A stretch of DNA of 64,000 nt, from the NCBI RefSeq assembly GCF_009914755.1, contig NC_060928.1; one strand, 5' to 3'. Below, piece by piece: positions 39,701-58,850 of this stretch. Numbering within the stretch: position 1 is the first letter of the stretch; each line of letters starts with the position of its first letter. The DNA comes from the human T2T-CHM13v2.0 reference genome, Homo sapiens. The notes under the pieces are model-generated. The model did not search any database. It was not told the DNA's origin and worked only from the letters and a program-made list of their open reading frames with translations. A program made the position numbers and the translations under genes.

Positions 39701-42399
39701 TGCTTGATGCCCCAGGGTCTTTTGTCCTCGGAGTTGTCTCCGGTGTCATTCCGTGGCAAGATACCAGGTTTTTGCAGAGAAGGTGCTGAGTTGGGAACAG
39801 GCCAGTCTCTTTCATCTCCTGTCCTGCTCATCGCTCTCTGTAGCGTACTTGTTTATTTTAAAGCGGGCTAAGTCGTCGTTATCTAAGGCCTCATGTAACA
39901 GGCAGCCCCAGCTACCGGCTGGGTTGTACCCTCAGCATGTGGGTGGGAGTGTGTGGGAGAGAAATATAGACTTACACGTAACACGTATATGACCGTTTTA
40001 TTTAGTAACGAAATTAGGAGATAACCTCCATTCCCTCAGGTTAGAATTGACCTATCATAGGTGGCATTTGAGGTCATCTCCGTTTCTACGGTCCCGGGGC
40101 CCGCTGCGGTAACTTAAGTTGGAAGAAAGATACCTTACCCAAGAAAGTATTCGAAGGCCGGTATGAGGAGTGAAATCTTAGAAAATGAAATTTAGTGAAT
40201 ATATGTAACGTTCTATACTTAAGGACCCTCACTTAACCCACACAACTCATGAGGATTTCACATCTAAAGGATGAAAATCTCCAGAATGCAGTCAACACTT
40301 GGGAGATTGTGTTGAGTTATGAGCATTTCATTGTAAGGGGGATATTTCTAAACGGAACTCAGACCGAGTAGGATGGTGAAGGAATCAGCAAGTATTGAAC
40401 TCCTATGTCCTAGGTTATCAGGGAGTGCAAACATGAATTAAGATAATTCTGAGGTAAATAGGGTTGCTTCGCCGGGAACGTTCTAAAGATCTGTAGTACC
40501 TGACCTAAAATACAGCAATCGCACAGCTGTCTGGTAGAAGAAAAATAAGATTTGTGTAGACTAAAATATAGAACTGATAACAAATTAACCAAATTAGTGA
40601 AGGTTATTGGGAGGTGAATTTCAGTCTAAGGAAGATTTTTTTTTAAATTAAAGAATGCTTTCCCCAAACAAATGTGGTGCTTCAGTGATAGCCCCTCTCA
40701 AAGATGAAAAAAACAAACAAAAAGACTCTGGTGGTGGGTGGTCGATAGATTTAGAAGGGATAAACTAGATGACAAATTCTCTTCCAAATCTAGAGATTCA
40801 TTGAATTATGGTCAGACAGACGCTCTGTTGAGTGGATTGTGAGATTTTAATATTTTTTAAATATTAAGAGTTTTAGTAGAAAACATGCAATTGAATAGAA
40901 AGCATGGTAACAATAATAAACATTAAAAAGGAACATTAAACATCAGAAGCAATGCAAAAGTAAAATAAAATGAAAAACGTTTCACATCAAGTGTTTATAA
41001 ACATCAGATCTTTTGATCCTACCAGTTTACTCTGACAGAATTGCAGCAATTCCATAAAATTTTGGCTTTCCCCACTTCTTTTACTTAAGTACTTTACATA
41101 TTTTAATATAATCCTCATTTTTTCCCTAACAACTAAATACTTATTTTAGTTTTAACATCACAATGGGCCTAACCATTCATTCCCTTACAACTGGAAATTA
41201 GAAATGTTTCTATTTTTTAAAATTCATTATGTAATAGTTCATTGGCAAGTAAGCAAATACCAGTTGTCATATTTCTCCCTTTTGGATGTCTTCACTTAAA
41301 TAGCAATACCAGGCCAAAACGGTATGATCATATTGTGACTTTTGTACCCTTTTGTCATTTTGACATTTGTACCTTCTTACTAATTTGCATAAGTTAACTG
41401 TTGAGGAATTTTTAACAGTCAAGAAAGGAAAATGTCCAATGAATTACCTATGTTTTTTCCAGATGGTGGCTGCATTTGTATTAGTTTCGATTCTCTGTAA
41501 ATCAAGTATAATTGAAGAAAATTAGAAAGTATGAAACTAGATTTAATGGCTAGATTTTAGAAGTATGCTTTCTTTTCTTGAGGATCCCTAGTGTCAACAA
41601 ATATTTAATTCCTATTAAAGACATTAAGAAAACTCAACCAAAACCTTTTCTCTCTTAAGAATATATAGTAACTTCCTCTTAAAAGTTGTTAAATATTTAA
41701 TATGAAGACTGATTCTCAGAAATAATGACCATTCTGAGAAGTATTTTAATAACATACATTTAACTTAAGTCCCATTACAGTGTGGCTATAGTTAATAGTT
41801 CTCATTTTATTGCTGGTTTATTTAGGAAACATGAACATGCTTGTAATAACTGGTTTATGAAAAACATGAGATAGCCCTTTTTGGATTGGACAAAACAATT
41901 GCAGGGTTTATTTTGGAGTACTATAGAAGAAAAATTTCAGTGGCTATTTTCCACTCTCGGTCTCCCATTCTGAATAGATTGTAACAGTTAATGACATTTG
42001 GCTTTCTTAAATGAGTTACTTGTAGAATCCATAATGTACACTTTTGTTAAAATAAAAACCTGGAAGACAACTTTTTAGCAATTGTTTAAAATGTCTAGGA
42101 GACCAAAAAATATTTCCATTTTCTTCTATGAAAATTAGAGCAAAAAACAATACAGTTCACATTATTATTGCCTACATTTCCTTCCCTATTTAAATCTAGC
42201 TGTTTTTTAAAGCTATTGACTCTCTTATGATGACTCTGCATTCTTAGAAACCACATGGAGATCTTTAATGACCATATACTAAATACAGGCAGTTCTCACC
42301 TATCAGAAACAACTTAACTATCTTTGTTTATGTCACATTTTCAAGAGTGAGGCGTTCAAGATAAATTACTGTGATTATCTAATTTATGTTTAACTTAGG

Positions 42400-44810
42400 T
42401 TTTTGTTTTGTTTTGTTTTTTGAGAGGGAGTCTCTTTTGCCCACACTGGAGTGCAGTGTCGGCTCACTGCAACCTCTGCCTCCTGGGTTCAAGCGATGCT
42501 TATGCCTCAGCCTCCTAAGTAGCCGGGACTACAGGCATGTGCCACCATGCCTGGCTAATTTTTTGTATTTTTAGTAGAGACGGAGTTTCACCATGTTGGC
42601 CAGTCTGGTCTTGAACTCCTGACCTCAGGTAATCCGTCTGCCTCGGCCGCCCAAAGTGCTGGGATTACAGGTGTGAGCCACTGCGCCCAGCCCTACCTTA
42701 GGTTTTAAGTGGTAATAGTAAACTCATGCATTGAAAATATTTTATCTTTTCTACAGTTAAGAAATAGAAATAATTTCTGTGTTTAGCTACATATGATAAA
42801 TGAGAAAATATGTTATAAAATAACCAGCAACCAAGCTGCCAGTATTATTTTTATGGTATCATAAGATGATATGGCTATATTATATGTAGATGTTTGAAAA
42901 TTTGAAATGGAAAAATTCTGTTCTAGTTCTGTGGAATGTAATTCCTCATTAAGATCGGAGTTTGTCTATGTCATTTTTATGTCATTTTATGTCATTTTTA
43001 GCTATTATTAAAAAATGTTTTAATAATAGTATTTATATGTCATAAGGAATAGGTGTCATAGCTAGCCTGTGTCACTATATATAATAAAAGGTTAAACCTA
43101 ATTTTGTTTCCCAAAGAAGATACTTCATTTTGACAATGTCTAAACTTTCAGAAAATTTATGCTAAAATTGGTAGCTACCGTATTATTCCGTTTTCATACT
43201 GCTATAAAGAACTACGCAAGACTGGGTAATTTATAAAGGAAAGAGGTTTAATCCACTCACAGTTCAGCATGGCTGGGGAGGCCTTAGGAAACGTACAATC
43301 ATGGCGGAAGGCGAAGGGGAAACAAGGCACCTTCTTCACATCATGGCAGGAAGAAGTGCCGAGCAAAGGAGGAAGAGCCCCTTATAAAACCATCAGATAT
43401 CATGAGAACTCACTCACTATCACCAGAACAGCATGGGGGATACCACACCCATAATCCAATTACCTCCACCTGGTCTTTCCCTTGGCACGAGATTATGGGG
43501 ATTATAATTCAAGATGAGATTTCAGTGGGGACACAAAGCCTGACCAAATCAGCTATTCAAGTTGCTTTGAAATTTTCTTTTCTGACTAGATTTTGGTTTT
43601 CTTTTGTGAGAAAGGGTTTCACTCTGTTGCCCAGGCTGGAGTGCAGGTGGCATGATCTCTACCCACTCATTGCAGCCTTGACTTCACAAGCTCAAGCCAT
43701 CTTCCCACCTCAACCTCTTGAGTAGCTGGTACTACAGGTGCACGCTACCACACCTGGCTCATTTTTTTGTATCTTATTTTAGAGACGGGGTTTTGCCATG
43801 TTGCCCAGGCTGGTCTTGAGCTCCTGAGCTTAAGCTATCCACTCACCTCAGCCTCCCAAAGTGCTGAAATTATAGGTGTGAGCCCCTGTGAGTGGCCTAG
43901 ATTTTGTTTCTCTGATGGTGCTGGTTCTTTCATTCTTCCTTTTTGGTCCTGTTATTTATCTTAATAGTGGGATACGTGGAAGGCTGAGGCAAGAGAATTG
44001 CTTGAGTCGTGGCACTACATTCCAGCCTAGGCAGCAGAGCGAAACCGTCTCAAAAAAAAAAAAAAAAAAAAGGGATGTAAAAGTCAATATGAATATTAGG
44101 TCCTTGCTCAGTATTGAGCTCAATAAGAAGATGAACAACTCACATTTAAAAATTGGCAAAACAGGCCAGGTACGGTGTGGCTCATGCCTTTAATCCCACC
44201 GCTTTGGAAGGCTGAGGCAGGCAGATCACTTGAGGTTGGGAGTACGAAACTAGCCTGGCCAACATGGTGAAACCCCGTCTCTACTAAAAATGCAAAAATT
44301 AGCCGGGTGTGGTAGTGCACACTTGTATTCTCAGCTACTCAGGAGGCCAAGGCAGGAGAATCGCTTGAACCCAGGAGGCAGAGGTCACAGTAAGCTGAGA
44401 TCGTGCCACTGCACTCCAGCCTGGGCAACAGAGTAAGACTCTGTCTTCAAAAAAAAAAAAAAATTGGCAAAACAGAAAAATGAACAAAATCTTATCCTTT
44501 GCAGCAATATGGATGCAGCTGGAGACCATTATCCTAAGGAGATTAACACAGAAACAGAAAACCAAATAACACATATTCTTACAACTGGGAGCTAAACATT
44601 GTGTATTCATGGACATGAAGATGGCAACAGTAGACACTGGGAACTGCTAAAGGGGAGGGAGGCAGGAGGTCAAGGGTTGAAGACTATTGGGTACTATCCT
44701 CACTACCTAGGTGGGAGGATCAGCCATATCCCAAACCTCAGCATCACACAATATACCCATATGACAAACCTGCACATTTACCTCCTCAACCTAAAATAAA
44801 AGTCGAAATT
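42400..44810. mobile_element. Intron 1 repeats: Alu (42400-42693 -), THE1/MST solo LTR (~43180-43552 -), Alus (43595-43898 -, 43975-44071 +, 44164-44463 +), L1 3' end (~44480-44810 +)
   Basis: Consensus similarity to each family. Confidence 0.8.
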
Positions 44811-46744
44811 ATATTAAAATATTTTAAAAAGGAAATTTGGGCACACACAAAGGGAGAACACCATGTGAAGATGGAGGCAGAGATTGGGGTGATAGACCTA
44901 CAAGCTAAGGGACACCACAGCTTCTCCCTCAGATCCTCCAGAAAGAATCAACCATGCTGACACCTTGATTTTGGACTTCTCGCCACTAGAACTGTGAGTG
45001 AATACGTTTCTGTTGTTTTAAGCTAAAAAAGAAAACGAAAATGCAAGCACGAACACATTGTTCTCTGCAGTTTAGGGAATCCTAGTAGAGACTACTGCTC
45101 ACATTTGTTCTCTCTTCTCTGCTTTAATGGCCACTACCTTAGTTTTATCTCAAACTATTTTCTTCCAGACCATTTCCATGGATTTTCAACAGGTTGTCTT
45201 GCCTTGTCTTCTTCCACTAGCCCTCTCTGCTATTCCTGTGGCCCTCTAATCCATCTTCCATCTGATACCAGAGTGACTTCATAGGTGAACAATTTCCTAG
45301 TTAGGCTAATATTCAAATATTTCAGTGGTTTCCTATTATGCACAGGTTAGATTCTTACTTACCTGTTGAATATCAGAGTTTGTCATCATACGGCACCTGC
45401 TCAGTTCTACAGCTCCCTTTCATTAAATTCTAACAATACTATGGTGCTTAGTTTCCCAGACACTTAATGCATGTCATATCTCCGTACCTTTGCCTATGCA
45501 GCTTCCTCTGCATGGAATGAAGCTCCTCCTCCCATATTCCCATGAACTTCTGTACTCTTCATCTTTCAGAAACCTATTTAAGTATCAAAACCTGTACAGT
45601 TTTTGCTCATGCCAGTAAAAAGTGAATAACTTGTACCTCTGCGTTGCTTCTGTATTATTGCTGATAGTACACAGTATTATGATCGTCTTTTATAGGTCTG
45701 TCTTCCATACTAAATGGCAAGCTCCTTTCTAACAGGGAGTGTGTTTTATAATTTTTGTATCTTCAGTACCTGTCCCACCACCTGATACATGTGAGTGAGG
45801 TATTACAATTTTAGAAGGTGCTGAAAGTTTTTTTCTTAAATATTTTAAGTAGTCTTCCTGTATTTTAACTTACACTGTCATTATTCATAAGCCATGAACA
45901 AAGACAAGTAAGTACAGACCTTGTAGGAATTATCTCAAATGCCAGTTTATTGGAGTACAAACTCAATTAGGCTAAAACTTACTGAGGTCTTGGTTTATGT
46001 AAGTCTCTGTTAAAGGGTAGGGAGTTAGGGATTTTTTGTTTAGTTGGGGAGGAGACAAATATTTACCTAACTGTATAGTTTTAAGGCAGAATGCATTAAT
46101 AGTTTGAATTGTGTTCTGTAGTTTTTACTGAGTGGGTTCCTACTTCATTCGTTTCTCCCAGCAATCCTATGAAGTTAGAAGACTCTTTACTTTTCTTTGT
46201 GCCTTGAAAATTCTGCGCTCAAGTGCTTGAGCTCCTGGCTTCTCATTCGTTAGGTCTCTGCTTAAAGGTTCTTTTTTCAGAAACCTTCCCTGACCCCTTA
46301 CCTAAAATTGCAGCCACCCTACTGCTTTGCCCCAGGTTAGTTTTTCTCTTATGTCATCCTTTATTTCCTTTATAACAGTTACTATAGTCTGTGATCATCT
46401 TGTTTATTTGTTCACTTGTTTATAGTCTCTGTCCTCTGAAATATATACCCTATGAGAGAAGGGACCTTATCTATTAGCCTGTATCCCCACATAGTGCAAT
46501 TTGTGGAGTGTGGTAGGTACTAAGTAAATATTGTTGAACAAATGAGCTTACAGTTGTTATTCCTGCTTTACAGACAAAAGAAACCTGGTTCCAAGTATAT
46601 GAAAATCTGGATTTATACCACAGATAAACTGAATTAGTTGTTTACTGAAGTCCTGTTATGTGCAAATTACTAAGCACTGGTTACATAGATATAAATAAGA
46701 CAGCTACTGTATTTGCATTTAGCACAGTATCTCTACATAGTAGG

Positions 46745-49553
<2,809 letters not shown>

Positions 49554-49822
49554 GTAGATACTTAATAATTATATAGTAAATATTTAATTTTTATAGTAAT
49601 AATTATATAGTAAAAATTTGTTTAACAATGAGAAATTGATTTATTCTTTCAGAAAATGTTTAGTAAGCACTTAATAAAAATCAGAAGGGGGGGATTGATT
49701 GGGAAAGTACTACAAGAGCAAACTTTCTGGGGCAATGGAAATGTATTTTGTCTTAGGTGGTGTTTATAGGTCCATATAGTTACAAAACTCATCAAACTGA
49801 GCGCTTCACAAACACAAAGCTT

Positions 49823-52528
<2,706 letters not shown>

Positions 52529-52879
52529 AGATTTTCATCTTTGCGTTCCCATTCACTCGCTTTTTGATAAATTTAAGCTCTTATGACTTCTAAAATATTG
52601 TAATATGTACAATAATACTTAATGTTATTCTACATTGAACAAACATTTAATGACTGCTATTTCGAGTTACATACTGGATGCTGGGGCCAATTGCAAGCTA
52701 AGATAATTAGTCAGATAAAACAGAAGGAACTCCATATGCAAAGAACTCAAAAAGGCTGCTTACTAGACAGTAGCTTTCGCTGGCCTCAGGTACATGAAGA
52801 GACCATGTTTGTGGAAGTTGAAGCTGGAAAGGTAGCCTTGCCATTCTTTGGAGATGGCACCTTATAGAGCCAATGATCT

Positions 52880-53930
<1,051 letters not shown>

Positions 53931-55385
53931 CTTATACCTAGGCCTCCTTCTCCCCGCAAAAACAGTTCTGTGTTATCTCCAGAGCTTTAATTCACTCAAA
54001 GAACCTATTTGGAGTGTCTCCACTTTGGTTATGAGAATGTAACAGCCAGCATGGCAGACAAAGTTCATACTTTTACAGAGTTTTATTCTGGTAACTACAA
54101 GATTATATTCCTGAAGATTTTTGCCCATATAGCATTGTCAAGTTATTTGGCAAAATATTTTTTTCAAAGGAGTTGCTAGTACTTCCTCACCAATCTCTAT
54201 AATCTCTGAATAAAAGCTACCATTTATTGTGTCTTTTTTGCCAGCCACTCTTATAGGTGCTATCTATGAAAATGGTAGATAAATAGGTTTTTTCATTTAG
54301 ATTTCTTTGGCATGATGTTATATCAAAAATAATTCCATTTTGGAAGAGTTCATATTGTCTTTCTTTCAATAGTTAAATAGTACTATTATCTCCTGAGAGT
54401 AGTTTTACCAAGATAGGCACAGATTTTAATTTTAGATCTATTGGGTTTGATTCATGATAACTGACAACAGGCTTTGGATTTAGGGTGTCCTGGACTAAAC
54501 CTGCTTAGGCTACAGTTTTCTCACATGTAAAATGGGGATAATAATGATACCTACCACATATAGTTGTTTAAGCTAACATAGTGTTAAATGAGCTAGTGCC
54601 CTTATACCCTTAGCATAACCTGTTCATTTATCTTTAATGTTTATTAGCATGAGTTAGCATATTATTTTCTGTTTTTCTCTTTTCTCAACTAAGCTATTTC
54701 CACATAGTGCCTAGCAAGGTATCAGATTCGGCATTCAGTGAAGGAAGTTAACTGGTAATTCTATAAGAACAGAAAAGAGCCCAGCAGAGGCAGGGTGCTA
54801 GCAGACATTTGATAAATGTATGTTGAAATGTTTATCTTGGTTTCCTGGTATTTTTGTGTCCACATGCATAGGGACTGTTTCATTTGTATCACTTATATTC
54901 CCTGTCCCCTTAAGACAGGCTAGGTACTCCAAAAGGCTTTAAATGAAGTTTATGGAATTAGATGTATCTTAAAATGAGAACATTCAACATAGAAGGTTTC
55001 AATTTGTTCTTTAAAATAGTAGCTTTTACACAAAATTTCAGTGTTCTTTAGCAACATTTACCAAAAATGTACCTTAAAGCATCAGAGGACATGTTCTCTC
55101 TGATATTATGAATCAGTGGTAAAAATTCTGCAGATATTCTGTTGTATGATTTTGACATAGTATTAAGGAGATAAAATGTTTTCTTAACTTATAAAATATA
55201 CATTGAATTTTGTTTATAGTTATAGTGATCATAACTCCTAAAATAAAAATAGACAAACACAAATAGACTTGATGTAGACAATGAGATAGGATATTTGAAA
55301 TGGAACCTATTTCTGAAAAGTTAGGTTTCTAGTTTCACTGGTCTCAAATTATAAATAAAGTAAGGTGGTCTTTGGTAGAGCTGGC

Positions 55386-55403
55386 TTTATTGTGTTATTT
55401 ATT
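55386..55403 (-). terminator. SLC9B1: Two minus-strand AATAAA signals closing the antisense terminal exon
   Basis: TTTATT at 55386-55391 and 55398-55403, about 150 nt past the minus-strand stop at 55553. Confidence 0.65.
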
Positions 55404-55535
55404 CACAGTTTTATGGATCCATTAAAAAGGAATTAATGTAAAAAGTAACAAAGAATAAGCTCAAGGATGAAACGACATGCTATTTTGAATTCTTTTCCAA
55501 GAGCACTGCAGATTCTGACACATCTACATGTTTAG

Positions 55536-55750
55536 TTTCAGAATGGCTTCGGTTATTGCCTTTCCTTGGTGTACTCGCACTTCTTGGCTACCTTGCAGTT
55601 CGTCCATTCCTCCCGAAGAAGAAACAACAGAAGGATAGCTTGATTAATCTTAAAATACAAAAGGAAAATCCGAAAGTAGTGAATGAAATAAACATTGAAG
55701 ATTTGTGTCTTACTAAAGCAGCTTATTGTAGGTGTTGGCGTTCTAAAACG
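55536..55750 (+). CDS. CISD2: CISD2 coding exon 2 (TM helix and first half of the CDGSH domain)
   Basis: Acceptor tttag|; (V)SEWLRLLPFLGVLALLGYLAV...AAYCRCWRSKT; 215 nt; donor ACG|GTAAGA at 55751; phases match exons 1 and 3. Confidence 0.97.
55553..55648 (-). CDS. SLC9B1: SLC9B1 (NHA1/NHEDC1) alternative last coding exon, antisense within CISD2 exon 2
   Basis: Minus-strand acceptor ttttccttttgtattttaag|, then INQAILLLFLLREEWTNCKVAKKCEYTKERQ*, then AATAAA signals. Peptide matches my recall of the short SLC9B1 isoform C-terminus; upstream exons lie outside the window. Confidence 0.75.
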   Translation of the reverse strand: MNQAILLLFLLREEWTNCKVAKKCEYTKERQ

Positions 55751-56526
55751 GTAAGATGTCTGTTTACGTGTACACTAAAATTTTGCAGTGCTAGGATTGT
55801 TTCGCCTCTTAAATCCCCAGTTTTGAAGTTCTTTAAGATGAGAGAATTTTCTGTAATATTTGGTATTGAAAGACCATATTCCTAAATTGAAGTTTTCATG
55901 TCATGATAGATACTACCTACATTAGAAAAGTTGGAGCAGCAAAGAAGAATAAAAATCTAATGCCTTCGCAATGTTTGGCATTTATGTAGAGTAACATGTA
56001 TTTTAAAATACACATTCTTTGAGAGAGGACCTAAGGTTTAATGGAAAAAAGCTTTGGTGTCATAGTAAATAGTGGTCAAATATACTTGTCACAGTATGAG
56101 TTTGGTTGGACAAGTTACTTAATTTTTAATCTCTAATCTTCAGGGTTTGTTTTAACCTGATACATCCACATTACATATCTTTGAGAAGTGAGATGATATA
56201 TGTAAACTGCTTTAATAATATGAGGTAGTAAATGATAGCCTCAATTATAGATGATTTTTAATGTGGGAAGGAGTTTGGAGTGATAAGTACTATAAGTAGT
56301 TGACAAAATCTGTTTCTTGTACTTGATCATAGATTATTTGAGGTTTTTAATACAGTATTGCTCATCACAGCATCCTTTGTAATAGCAAAATTTTTATAAA
56401 CTAAATATCTGATAAAAAGGGAATGATCATGTTTTTAAAGGATATATAATGACATGAGATCCTGATATGAGTAAGAAAGCATATTACAGTGTGATCCCAA
56501 TTTTGTTTAAAAAACGAATACACGCA

Positions 56527-57234
<708 letters not shown>

Positions 57235-57661
57235 TAAAATATATTTTTGTTTTCAAAAATTGTGTGGTATGCATGAGTTTTATAGCAAGAAAAAATTATA
57301 ATTTATTTTGAATTAAATTCCATTGTTTTAAAATTAAGCAATAGGTGAGCTCGAATTTTAAGCTCCACAAATGACCAAGAACTTATTCGATTCCCTTTTA
57401 AACCTGTTGTCTATTTTAATCACTCATATGGACTCATTCATAGGTTTTTATTTAAAATCTAAACCAAATAATGAAGTAACTGTTTAAATTGTTAGATTTT
57501 GAATATGGTTCAGTTGGATGTAGAATGTAACTATTACTCAGGAAAACGATCTGATTTTTTTTAGCAAGTGATATGCTTTCTTTCTGAGAGCATTTCACAA
57601 ATGTTTCTACCTAATGAATCATATTTTAAAAATAACACTTGTAATTCTTTTTTCTTTTTAG

Positions 57662-57751
57662 TTTCCTGCCTGCGATGGTTCACATAATAAACACAATGAA
57701 TTGACAGGAGATAATGTGGGTCCACTAATACTGAAGAAGAAAGAAGTATAA
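57662..57751 (+). CDS. CISD2: CISD2 coding exon 3
   Basis: Acceptor ttctttttttctttttag-type tract ending at 57661; FPACDGSHNKHNELTGDNVGPLILKKKEV*; completes C-X-C-X2-S-X3-P-X-CDGSH; C-terminal KKxx motif; total CDS 408 nt = 135 aa. Confidence 0.97.
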   Translation, partial: FPACDGSHNKHNELTGDNVGPLILKKKEV

Positions 57752-58370
57752 TAATAATAACAATATTTTCTCATTCTTTGTGTATAGAAAATTTTAAAAT
57801 GGTGGTCTTAATTATTACTACTGGTTGAACAATTATTTCTTCCAATTTATTTTCTTCCTGCACTACTGTTTGTATTTGATCCTTTGTCTATTCAGTCACT
57901 TAATTAGAAATTAAATTGTCAAGCCTCTTATTCTGACTTCAAAGAATTAATGTATCTTCCAACAATAAAATCACTTCTGATTTTAATCTAGGAAAACCTA
58001 AATTGTGGCTATGGATCCAAAGCTGTTTGTTTCTTTGAATATCAATATTTTCAACAGGATCTTGTATTTAAAATTCCCACCTACATTGTTAAATATGTTA
58101 TTTTTTCATATCTCTTTTGGTTTTGATAATCTGAAGTGTTTTTTTCTCGTTTTGGCCTTCCAAACTGCATTTGGTTAGGTGAATTAAGAAAAATATTGCC
58201 ATCAAGAATTACTTGTGTTTTCACAGAGATAGACTCTTTGCTTTATAGAGATTGTTGTGTATTTAATATGAATATCCCAGCTTTAGAAAAGAAGTAAACT
58301 GGATACAAAAAGTTCCATTGAGGAACAGTTATTTACAGTATAAAAGATTTGTTTACTTTACAAAAGGCTT

Positions 58371-58375
<5 letters not shown>

Positions 58376-58403
<28 letters not shown>
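58376..58403. repeat. (TG)14 in the CISD2 3' UTR
   Basis: Read directly. Confidence 0.95.
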
Positions 58404-58406
<3 letters not shown>

Positions 58407-58595
58407 TTTAAACTGACTCAGTGACAGCTGGGGTGGAATGGCAAGAACACTTACAACCAAACTCATGGGCTGCTGCAATTTGAAGATCAATTGGTAATAA
58501 ACATAAGACATTAATTCATATTAAAATAGTTCAGTGTTCAAAATTGTGTTTATGTGGATATTTTTCTCTTTTTAACACTATAAACCATTAAAATA

Positions 58596-58850
58596 CAGTC
58601 ATCCCTTGTATACGCTAGGGACTGGTTCCAGGGCCACACATATACCAAAATCTGCCCATACTCAAGTCCCACAGAAAGTCTTGCAGAACCCATATGTAGA
58701 AAAGTTGGCCCTCCAGTTGACCCTCCGTACACATGAGTTTCACATCCCATGCACAAATGCTGATCTGTGTGACCTCACCTGCATTTGATTGAAAAAAGTA
58801 TGCGCGTAAGTGTACCCACCCAGTTCAAACCCGTGTGTAAGGGTCAACTG
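58596..58850. mobile_element. MER8-like Tigger MITE
   Basis: TA-flanked; termini cagtcatccct and agggtcaactg. Confidence 0.75.

Noticed and set aside
39087-39992. Overlapping ORFs of 74-157 aa across the CpG island
   Set aside because: Stop-poor GC-rich DNA; low-complexity Ala/Gly/Arg/Pro products with no recognisable family.
42967-43000. Three copies of tatgtcatttt(t)
   Set aside because: Short slippage repeat in AT-rich intron; no spacers, so not CRISPR-like.
55556-55885. 109-aa ORF as a stand-alone gene
   Set aside because: It is CISD2 exon 2 called from an internal TTG and running past the donor at 55751 into intron 2.
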